Positions 26,101 to 38,100 of a stretch of 64,000 nt of DNA are shown one piece after another (within the stretch, counting starts at the first letter, position 1; every line of letters starts with the position of its first letter). The DNA is from Antedon mediterranea. Its lineage: Eukaryota; Animalia; Echinodermata. Location: contig NC_092679.1 of NCBI RefSeq assembly GCF_964355755.1, positions 774,201 through 838,200 of the forward strand, in the 5' to 3' direction. The notes below the pieces were generated by a model. The model was not told the origin of the DNA. It did not search any database and saw only the letters and a list, made by a program, of their open reading frames with translations. The position numbers were made by a program, and so were the translations under genes.

Positions 26101-29100
26101 GGTGAAGTTCACTTCAAAATGTCTGAAATTCCTCTACCACTTCAGATCTTAGCAGCGTTAGTGAAGGTAATGCCTTGCAAATAAACACTAGTAAAGTAAT
26201 TTCCAAATATTAAAATAAAGTCGACAATGACGTTTCGGTTGTTATGGTACAAAAGATGTTGTAAAGCTCTGTCTACACTATCAAACTTTATGTTATGTGT
26301 TGTGGCCATATATGTACACGATGATGTCATATTGCTACCATATTTAAGCATATCACTACCATATTTGGGTGCATCACACTTTTTTGTCACATGCAGTTTG
26401 ATAGAATACACTTTACTTTCATTTCCTTTTGCAAACCTTACTTTAAATAATACATGTTTTGATAGAATATTTGGTATTACCTTATTTGATAAGCAGTTTT
26501 CTATTTTGCACTGACCTCTGTTAATATCTTACAATTGATACTTTTCAGGAACTTCCAAAGCATGATGATTCTGTTGTGTTGCACTACCTGACTAGTTGTA
26601 TTCGTATTGCGTGTTTAAATGAACAGTCACTACGGGGTGCCACCAAGGACAACATCACTTTTCTCGTTTATGCACAGGAACAGCTTCTTATTCCAAAGTA
26701 AGTATCATAAAAACACTGAGGAAGTTAAGTTAAAAATCTAGATGTTGATAAAAAAAATTAAATAAGCAAAAACCTAAATCAAGATGATAAAAGTAAAACA
26801 GCCAGAAAACTTATATATTTATATAAAAAAAGACCAATAAATAATAAACATTTCCAATCTATATCAATGAAAAAGTGTTATCCCACTACCGTGTTTATTT
26901 AACATCAATGGCGTCAATTCACAGAATAATATGATTTGTTTTTGTAGTATGTGGAGATTAATGCAAGGGGAATTGTCACATCTGGTATCACTTATGATTC
27001 CCATCATACACCACTGCGTAGCGCTACCATGTGGAGCAGACGCCCTCTGGAGAGTTGTGGATAGTGAAGTTAAAAGCGAAGACTGGCAAACGAGGTTTAG
27101 AGGCGGTAAGAAAATAATTTTTTTTATTGAAACAAGAACTGGATGTGTTTTTTTTACCATTTTATTATATTATAAGAACATGAAAAAACAAGACATTTTT
27201 ATGTTGTTAATGTTGTTGTATTAATGTTACCTATTGTTTTTTTAGTTGAATCTATTGGTGCTTTCTTGCGATTTGCTGACCAGAAGGCAATCGCTACCAA
27301 CTCTGTCATTATGAGTACACTTGCTCACATTTTTAGTAGTCTTATTGGTTGTGCTGAAGACATCTGTCCAGCTGTAGCTACTCGTACAGTGGTTATGTTG
27401 GAAACTATACCAGCTAATGCACTCAAGGTAAATACGTACAAGCTATTATAGAACCCCTCCTTTGGGACACCCTTATTCTATTTAGGGGACACCCACCCCT
27501 ATTTAGGGGACACCCACCCCTATTTAGGGGACACCCACCCCTATTTAGGGGACACCCACCCCTATTTAGGGGACACACATCCCTATTTAGGGGACACACA
27601 TATTCATAGAACACTAACACTAATTGAGCTCTGGGAATGCAAATTTTAAAATACATTTAAACTTAAGTTGAAAAGGTATATCTTAAACTCTTATTCTTTT
27701 GATATATTTTTACATTATTTTATCTTATTTGACAGTATATTATATATTGATTCTGGTTTTCCTATTTTAATAATGTTTGCTTGTTATTGTTAATTGTTGC
27801 AATGTATTTTAATTTGGGCTAAACTGGAAGGGTTAAAGATGACATCTTCAAAGATGGTTGAAATAAGAAAAATAAGAAGACTATGGCGAACCCTTTTTCA
27901 TCGTTTGTTTTTTCTTCAGGTTCTTATACACTGTCTTGAGTTCCAGTGGGATTCTGTTCTTGAGGACCGTGCTCTCATACTTAGCCGTCTCCACCAGCTA
28001 AAACATTACCTACCAGCTCCATCAATCTTCACATGGGAGTTCTTTATGAACCGTTTAGACACACTTTCAGTAGAAGCACAAGTTGACATGGACCAGAATA
28101 GGGAATTCCCCTTTCCTGTCGGTATGTTATGATTATAGAGAATGTTTTATTACAAAAGCACACTGTTTTTACTGGTGTTAATAGTATTTCATGGGGATTC
28201 TTATATTTGCAACATGTGGGTATAATTTTACATTATTGATAACTATAATAGTTTCATATAATTATAACTCAAAAATAAAACTAATTTAAATTTACTGAAT
28301 ATAATAATTATTAGTTTGTTGTGATCTATTACCATGTTACTAAGACTTCCCCTTGTTGGTGAAACCGCCTTGAGTATTAACACCGCCCTCTGTTGGTGAA
28401 ACAATGCCGTACCAGTTTTGGTGGTGAACTGTTTGTATTGATATTAATGTTTTGTGAACTGGTTTTAGATTTCTAAAAGCATGTTGTGATTTTGTTGTGA
28501 AGATAAACAATTGGAATTATTTTACTAGCATTGTGATGTAACTCGATGAGGTCGTGGTTATTTTTTCCTTCTCTAACGTTGTGTATCTTTTTCCATTTTT
28601 TAACCCTTTTGTATTGTTTTGTCTTCTTCAACGTTTGATGTGCTGTGTCATTGCATCTGGCTTTCTTAGCCGAGAAACGTGACACAACCAATCCCAAGCA
28701 ACAGTCAAGCGGTAAGAGCATGAACATGTAACCATATCATATGTGTGTGTGTGTGTGTGTATATACATTTATTACAGACATATTAAAACTCTAACCTACC
28801 ATGTGATGTACTGGAAAATAATTAATTTAGAAATGATAAAGATGAGGAAATCTTTGAATGAGAAAAGGCCAACTCAACTGACAATTCAAGCCTAGAATCT
28901 TCTAATAGATATTTAATTACCTGACCATTGTATATATGTATTACTGTATATAAAATATGGATTGTTTGGAAACCATTAAACCATCAATCATAATTTAATG
29001 TTACATAATAATATTTATCACCATTTATGGGTTTCATGCTTTTTTATCATAATCATTATTGGCTATTTTTAACTGTTACTATTATGTTTTATGTCTTATA

Positions 29101-32100
29101 TATTTATGAATTAGTAATTATCTTCTATTAAATATAAAATTAAAAAATACATTTCATTCTTACATCGTCATTGTCAACATTTAAAAAAATCATTGATCCA
29201 TCAGTTATTGGTACTGATTCAATTGTACTGACATCACAAAACATGTGCTGACATCACAAAACATGCTGACATCATTTAATTTCATAGCATTATTAACATT
29301 GTAATGTTTAAATCATATTTGCTTCACTACATTTATTTTTTATTCCAATTTTTTATGAATATCAATCAGTAAATTCATTTATTTTCAGAAATCATTGTTA
29401 TTGTAATTAGTGCATGTAAAGGCTAACCTATTATAGTTTAGATTTCAGTTATTTAGTGTTATAGGTCTGTAGATAGTCAAAGCACCTAAAACCATTCCTA
29501 AATGAGATTCTACGTTTATTTATCATTTAAAGATGATTATCCGAAACAGTGCAACAAATGATAAGTTAATATGAACATTCTGCTGTCAATATTATGCTCT
29601 TCTAGAAGAGTGAGATAATGGAAAGGCCCTTAAGCTTGGTTCCCACTTGAACGCAACACAAGTAATTTGACCAATCACAAGGCAATGAATCGTCCCAACC
29701 ATGCGCCGTCCAAGTGGGAACCAAGCTATACTGTCATAATTCAGCATTTTAGATACCAATAATAAATTGTATTTTTCTAACAAGATTTTTCACGATCAAG
29801 AACAGTATCAGGAGAAAAAACTGAAAAACCGAACCAAACAAAGCTACACCGTGCCATGATTATACGCACCCAGTCCGACACGCCACAATCAAAACTTCGT
29901 CATCAAATGATGCCCTCTACGTCAAGTTCGACTAAAAGGTTCTATCCAAGAAGTGAATCTGCACCAACTAATCTTTGGGCTTTTAGAAGAAAAGGCGGCG
30001 TGTTTCGATCCTGTAAGTTGAAAATCAAATTTTCTTGTTTTTAAAAAAAATCTGAGAATTTAACCTGTACACTAACTTCAAGCTGGTGGATAATTTCTTC
30101 TTTTTCTTTCATTTGTGTAGCTGAACGATCAACATACAGTAACCAATCTTCACCTGATAATGTCTTAAGTCTTGGTTCACTCGCTGAAGAGGTCTTTGAA
30201 GGTAAATCTCAATTTACATAATCATTTTCATTATAAGGTACCTAAATTAATAAATTCTCTGTTCACATAGCCTAGCAAAAACCTTGAGTTTACACACACT
30301 AGAAGATGAGCAATTTATTCAGTGAGATTTGAGCTGCTTTTGAATACAATGGCCTGATTTATAATCCTTTTCTGCCAACAGATGGTTATTTGGGTTTTGT
30401 GGAAGAGGAACAAGTTCCACTAACAACCGAGTCACAACAGACTAATCCAGTTGATCTGGCATTCATTGATAAGGAAACCGTTCATCAATTAGTCACGCTC
30501 TTAATGAGGGTAAGTATCTAATGAGCACAGCATTCGTTGTTGTTCACTTGTGACTTGAATGAAGTCAATTCTATAAGATTTCATCATCATCATCATCATG
30601 CGGATGCATCCAAGATGGAGTTCACAATGCCACGCCACAATTCTTTGTTCTTTCTTTAATCAATCAATCAAAATCAACCTGTGGTCTTATTTGACTCCTG
30701 TATATATAATTATTACTGATTCTTCATATCTCTTGTACTTCTTAATTTTTGTAACCATATTATATGGCCAATTGAGACAAGTTTACTTCTAGGTTGATCC
30801 TCATTTTATGCTCTGTATTATTATGGCATTTGATGAAATACATATTTGTTGATATTTTGAATAAATATAAATAATTTTAATTGACTCAATGTTACTTTCA
30901 GTTCATGGCAGAGTCCACTGAAGATGACCAACATGGTTCTTCTAAAGCAATGGTAAGTTGCATGTATGTTTGTTTGTATATCCTTTGAATGTATTCAGTT
31001 ACCATGGAGAATGTTTGTTTGTATAGTATTATTTTGAACCTAACCTGGAATCTGGTTGTCTGGCAATGGTATTCCTTAATAATGCGCGTCCCCTGTTGAT
31101 CCTATCATGGTCTATTCGTCTATACAGACTTTTTTTATTCATTATCCTAATGTAACACGTTTTTAGTGGGCCTCCTCTCTCAAGCCCCTTGTGGTTTCTT
31201 GGAAATTGAGGTTGATAGTAATATCATGTAGCACATGATACATTATTGCTGACCCTTAAAAGGAGTGTGATTACTTCATGATTTTATTTTCAATTTTGTT
31301 TCTGCTTTGCAGAAGACTGTTCTGCGTCATCTGTATGCTCTTCTTGGATTCAGTAAAACAGAGAAGCTGTTCAAAATCGCTCCACATCAACTCAGAGAAT
31401 CTTCTGTCTTTAATGCTTTTATTGCAGGCATAGCTAAGGTGAGTGGAGTTTGGTGGTTAAGATGCTTGCCTATCTATCCCATACTTCTGGGTTCACCCCC
31501 AAAGACAAACATCTACCTGTGAACAAGGTTGCGACCCTTAAGAAGGACAGTGAATGAGTGAAATCTTATTGGTTATCCATGGCAGTATGCCTTAATTGAG
31601 AATGAGAGTCACACACTCAGAGAATACACTTGCATTGTTTTCATATGGTGTATTATTGTAAATATAAAATAGCATAAATGGTTTTATCATATATGAATGA
31701 GTAATAGTCGCAGGCATGGGTATGAAACATTAGTGGGTGTGGTTATAATTGCATAGCATTAACAATGGAATTTACCAATGTCTTGGGACTGAAATTTGGA
31801 ATTACACTTGAGCATGGGATTACAATTGAAGTCATATACGGTATATACTTGAAACAGGTCATGGATTACAATATTAAGTTGGGTACCAAGATTCTACCGC
31901 TAGTTGTTGAGCTACTTAAGTATTGTCCGTCACCTCAAAAGACTCCTCACCACCGCCAACATCAAGACTACACACTGTTTTTCTTGGAGCCACACTGCAG
32001 ACAGTCATGGCTAATGACAATCCTTGTAATACTCTACAAGGTAGGTTTATCATTAATAAATACTGATCATTTTGTGTTTGTGTTTAAACTTACTACTTAC

Positions 32101-35100
32101 TTGGTTGTCCTAAAGTCTGAAAAATATGTCTTGGTGAAAACCCAAACGCACTAGGAATTCCCATAACTGAAACACTTCCACACATTTTAGTTAGCTACTG
32201 TATGCATTTGTTTGCTATCCAAATTCCTCTCACTCCCTTTTGAAATATTTTCCGTCATTCAAACATTTGCGCTTTCCCTGATTTGGTTCCATACTATTCT
32301 GTTTTGGGCAGGAAGGTTTGTTACTGTGCTAGTCTACAGTTTTTCCTTTTGAATTACATGGCTGTAATTCTTATACATGTTTTTCTATGCTTTAGTATGA
32401 CATTGATTCTGCTGATCTGAAGAGTACTCTAGAGGTGCTTATTACAATCTGTATCAATACAATAGAAGGACATGTTCACATCTGTAAACCTAAACTACCT
32501 GAACCCCCTCAACCTGAGGACATCTGGGGTGCAACCAATGATGACCCACCTAAGTCAGGTAGCAATTTTGTTTGGTGCTAAAGCTCTGTCTACACTATCA
32601 ATGTGATGTGATTTGCCCATATATGGACATGATGATGTCATATCACTACCATATTTGGGAACATCACACTTTTTTCATCTAACTAGTTTGTTTTTTATTT
32701 GTTGCTCATTCATCAAATGCAATACAAATATAAAAATGACAGGATGAGAGCAAAAGGATAACCCTATAAGCTCTAGAGCAGCTCTAGCGCTTGATAGTGT
32801 AGACAGAGCTTAACAAACTCCCATAAGTTTATAATAGCCATATTATGAACATTCATTTGGCCCTAGTTGTTTGTAGAGTTTCAATATCTCTATTCAAATA
32901 AATATATACACCATATTACATTGTACAGTGTAGCTTTATGCTGTATTTTAATACAACAGAAAGTAGAGTATGAAACCGGATTCTATATTCCAAAACATAT
33001 GTTATATTTTCAGACTCTCCTGGTATTGGTTTCGATAGCAATTCTAGCAAAGGTTTTACTCCAGGGGGCACTCCACTTCACACATCAACCCCAAATAAAG
33101 AATCAGTTGGAAATAGCGGAGGTCAAACCGTCTGTAAGATGTTGTACTTATCTGATAACTCATCAGCGTCAAGGGTCGTTTCTAGTAATGTTGTTTCTAC
33201 GATCGTCGAAGAGGAAGAAACGGGAGAAACAGTTGAAATGCTTGAGCCAATAGCAGAAGCAAGTTTAGAAACTGCTACTGCAAAGGTGATGTTTGTTGAG
33301 AAGGAAGAAGACTTAGTGGTCACCTGTAAACCACTTGTCATCGAGGAAGAACCTGTTATTGAAAAACAGATTACGGATCCATCATCGGAAGAGAAACAAA
33401 AGATTCCTTACACAGTTCGCAATCGACGAAAAAGAAAGAAACCGATTGTGAACATTGCAACAACAGGTACACCCGATGCACATAGGAAAGGATCCAATCA
33501 AAGATCAAGAGGAAAGAGGTTTTACAAAAGGTCAGAGACGCTCAGAGGATCCGAAAGAAGAAGCAGTGTTCACTCAGCCGTGCGACGGTACAATGAAGAT
33601 AAAAACATCATGGCTCTTAACAGGTACATACAAGTTTTTAAAAATAATTTTTTAAATAAAATGAAATTGACAAAATGAATTGTAATTTTATCATGTCATC
33701 TTGTTTTTTTTTGTATTTTTATTAACTTTTATACTCCTTTTATTAGCGTTTACACTGTTGGAGGTAATTAAATAAAATAAAAAATGAAATTTGATATTTA
33801 TTTAGATGTTCTGACTGTAATGCAATCTTGGAAGAATACGATGAGGATACCATCTCCTTGGCGATCGTTGTCTTGGCAACTTACATTCACAAGGACTTGG
33901 ACTTTGCAGCGCCATTTTTGTTGGAAGTTCTTCAAGTAGTTGCCAGGTAATCAACTCAATGTTCCCAATTCCTGGAATTATTCTTGTGGAATGGGGAATG
34001 AATTTAATTGAATTTCATGTAGATCCCCTTTTGTTTATTTTGGAGTATTACTTTTATTTCATTTATGTTTGTATATCTAGAATTTTTCATAAAACTTGAA
34101 AATGAATTGATAACTATTTGTTTGATTAATCTACAGAGTTGCATCAGCCACTTTCTACCCATGGCAAAATGAAATGTAAGTTTATGATCATTATTATCAG
34201 TATCATTAAGATCATTCAATTTGCAATTCAAAATTCATCATCCCACACGGGGCAATTAAATGTCATGATTTCTCATCATTAATATTGTTGTTATATTTTT
34301 GATAGCATTGGAAGTCCTCCAGGTCATGTGTGTTCCGTTGCTAAGCAGTTTCTTCGTTGCATTTGTCATCAACTTGCTCCTAATGGTGTATTCGTTACAC
34401 TCTTCCTCAGTAAAATAGAAGGTTTGTGTAATTTTACTTTCACAAATCGATGGATAAAGGATGATAGGATTTACTAGATTTGAGTCAATGGATTTGATGT
34501 GATTTATGATTTATAATGTAAAGAAATAAACTCAATTTTTTTTAGATCATACATTTCTAAAGACGTTAGCCTTAGCTTTAGATGACTTTGGTGAACTCTC
34601 TGCCATGGATGCTGTTCATCGCTTGCTAGAGGTACTCTTGTGATTTTAGTTTTATACTACCAAAATTAAAGGCTAGAAGCATTAAAAAAACAATAATATG
34701 TAGGCCTATTATTTCATTTTGTTTACCATAATTCTTTAGGATTGGATACATTTTTACTGTGTTTATGTTATTTTGTAGGGGTTAAACCGACGGACCAACC
34801 TACCACCATTACGTATTCAACGTGCGGTATTAAACCTTGCAGACTACATGGAAGAGCTTCCTCTAGAGAGTGTAGGAGCATGGGCAAATCTAATGGTTCA
34901 CTTTGATATATTCTTCAAGAAGCTTATTACTGTTTTGCCTGAAAATGTAAATATCCGGAAAAAACATTAGGAAGTTAAGAGAGAAATTATAGAAATTAAA
35001 TATATTTTAATATTGCATAATTCTTTTTTAGTGTGATGTATCACCCTTGTTCCGCATCATGCTGGTACTTCTGAAATGTCCAGCAGTCAAGAACTTGACT

Positions 35101-38100
35101 GCTTTATTGGACTCGTTCAGCAAGATTATCTCATTCACAATTCAGAAGGCCAGGTTCAAGATTAGACAGCTGATGGAGTTATGTTCACTTGCTTACAGAA
35201 CGTTTACTAAGGTACCATGGTAACCACATAAACAATCTTAAAACTCTGTCTACACTGTCAAACTAGTTTGACAAAAAAGAGTGATGTGCCCAAATATGGT
35301 AGTGATATGACATCATCGTGTCTACGTATGGGCACATCACATTTTATTGTCACACAAAGTTTGAGTGTAGACAGAGCTCATATTTCACCCCTTTTAAAGA
35401 AGCACTTATTTTAGAATATTATAATCATTACTAACCCTTTTTTTTCCAATACAATACACTTTGCTCCTATACCTACCATTTCAATTGATATTCTCTTGTC
35501 ACACAGGACCGGGAAAGGTTGTCATTGTCTCGTTGCGTAGTCGTTGAGTTAAACAATGCCCTCAAGTTCAAGATATCAATCCCAGACGCTAATCTGATTG
35601 AGCTTGTGCAGTTTGTGTGCATTGATGCTGGCGGCAGGATTAGTGAAACGTTCTTTGACGAAAATGAAATGAAACAACTGCAGGCATCTTGGGTATTATA
35701 CTTAAACAAATCATTTGTTTGGGATCATGTAAAAATCTACAGCAGTAACTATTTTTTTTACTGCAGTAATGAACAAGTTTAGTTTGTTTAAATGTATATG
35801 TATTAATGTAAGGTTTACAAATTTAAACAAATCATTTATTAAGGATCATGACAAAATTAATCTACTGCAGTAACTATTTTTTACTGCAGTAAATGTATCA
35901 GGCAGTATGCCTATGTATAAATGTAAGGTTTACAAATCATAACGTTTTATTCTTTTTAGTGTTCAACTGGAGTGTTGGAATGCATGAGAAGCTACATGAA
36001 CGACTGCATTGAGTTCATTGGTGACCTTCACACTCTGGCAAAGGTCAAGGTTCGTACAAATCATACAATTTCAAATAAAAGTTGAATTGAAGTAAACAGA
36101 CTGAGTAAAAGGTGCTTTTTCTATAATAAAAATTGTGTGTTTATCAAGGTTGTTTTTAAATGAGTTAATAGTTACAACCCATTCAGGTAGTGAATTCAAT
36201 GTATTGATTACTTTGGTGTCAAAAAAGTTGTTAATTTTAGTTGATTTCCATCTGCGTTTTTAAAATGTTAATGATGAAGCATGAGATGGCATTGCTAATT
36301 AAATCATTATGTTAAATGTTTTCAGAGTAACATGAGAGGTGGATCCCAGAATTTGAATGAAGACACACTTGGAAGTCAATTGAAAGCTGGAGTTGCACAG
36401 ATCATTGCATTGGAATTTACGCGTACAAGCCATCGGGATAACAGGACAGTGAATCGATACCTACCATGGTTGTACCACCCGCCATCTACCATGCAGCAAG
36501 GGTAAGTATATGGCTAAATACCATAGTAAGTACACATGATCTGAATAGGGCGTAAGGGCGTGTGGCACAGTGTGTTGGACGTTCACTATTGATATGAGGT
36601 TCGAATCCAACTCTCGCCACATTGCTTGTATCCTTAGGCAAGATACTTTACTTACGTTTGCCTCTCTCCACCCAGGTGTATAAAATGGGTGCCGGTTATA
36701 TCAAGACACAACTTTGCGCTGATTACTAGCTGCATTATTATGGGAGTATGTTTCCATGTGATTTGATCAGGATAAAATGACTGGGGTAATAATGTTCAGC
36801 GCTTAGAGGTTTTACGGCATTAGGCGCTATATAAATCCAGGATGTTATTATTATTATAACAGCATTCATTTTAATATTTTTTTTTTCCAGACCTAAAGAG
36901 TTTGTAGACAGCATTGCCCACGTGCGCCTGTTATCGTGGCTTTTACTCGGGTCCTTGACCCATAGTGCGATGTGTCCTACGTTTTCATACTCTAACACTA
37001 ACAGCATCACTAGTCTTCCAATCTCATTGGATGCTAGCTCACACATTGCTGAACATGTACAGGTCATTTTAGCGTGTTTTGCGGAGCAGTCAAGCACGTC
37101 GATTCTTCACATGTCGTCCTTGACCCATGCATTTATTTTATGCCAGGTAAAGTGGTTTTCTGTCTCTTTATTTTGAGTTGTACTTTATTGTGTTGAATCT
37201 TATTTCCTATCCTTCATACTGAGCCCAGATTCTGATCTGGTGGCCAAATAAAAATTGTAAAAAATGGGTATTGTGTCTCAGAATAGAACAGTTCACAATT
37301 ATATGTTCTGAATCCCATACAAAACATACATGTGTAATCGAAAAACGTACCATATACCCCAGAGTTTTCTCCGTCCACCATACTGAATACTTGCTCAGTA
37401 TGACCAAGAAAATTTAACAACTGGATGCTGAGCTCTGGTGATCAATAGGTTTAATTTTGGCTGTGACACGATCAGTTCCATGCCACGGAGATTATGTGCA
37501 TAGTACAGTACTGTTGGTATTTGTTGCAGCCAGACATAAGATCAAAGGACTGTTATGAGTTCCTATTTTGACAATGTGAGCTCCGTGTCCTGTTGTTAGG
37601 TTGCCTAGGTATGACATACCTGTAATTTTAAGATAAGAATTCCTACTTTGCCACATTTAAGTCTTTTGTATCTAATATAATGTTGTTTTAACTGCAGCTG
37701 TGGACAATGTATTGTGAACAATTTGCAATGATGAGTTACCCACATAGTGAGCAACACAACACTGCAATATTGGCTATTATGGACTTTTGGGGAAGAGTGA
37801 CACCTGGCGTCCTACAACTCTTATCGCACTCTAAAGTTGTACGTACTTTAAATTCATCACTGTTTTCATTAGCCTACACTAATTCATGTTGTAAATGTCA
37901 ACATTTTGATTTAGTAATGTCTTGTATGTAAGATATTGCTGTATGTATTTGTATGTTGAACTTTGTAGTACAATATTGATGTTGAATTTACCTATATATA
38001 TATATATATATTTAACTTTGCATGTTATGTGTTTTTTTGTTTACAAGGACACAAGGATGCAGGTAATTGTACAGCCAGCTTAAACATCATTCTCATCTTG

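Noticed and set aside
29533-29562. Possible extra UNC79 exon after TTTAAAG
   Set aside because: It hits TGA in the required phase and has no good donor.
35680-35697. Possible GC-AG donor CAG|GCATCT in UNC79
   Set aside because: An in-phase GT donor (TGG|GTATTA) lies 9 nt downstream, so a non-canonical site is not needed.
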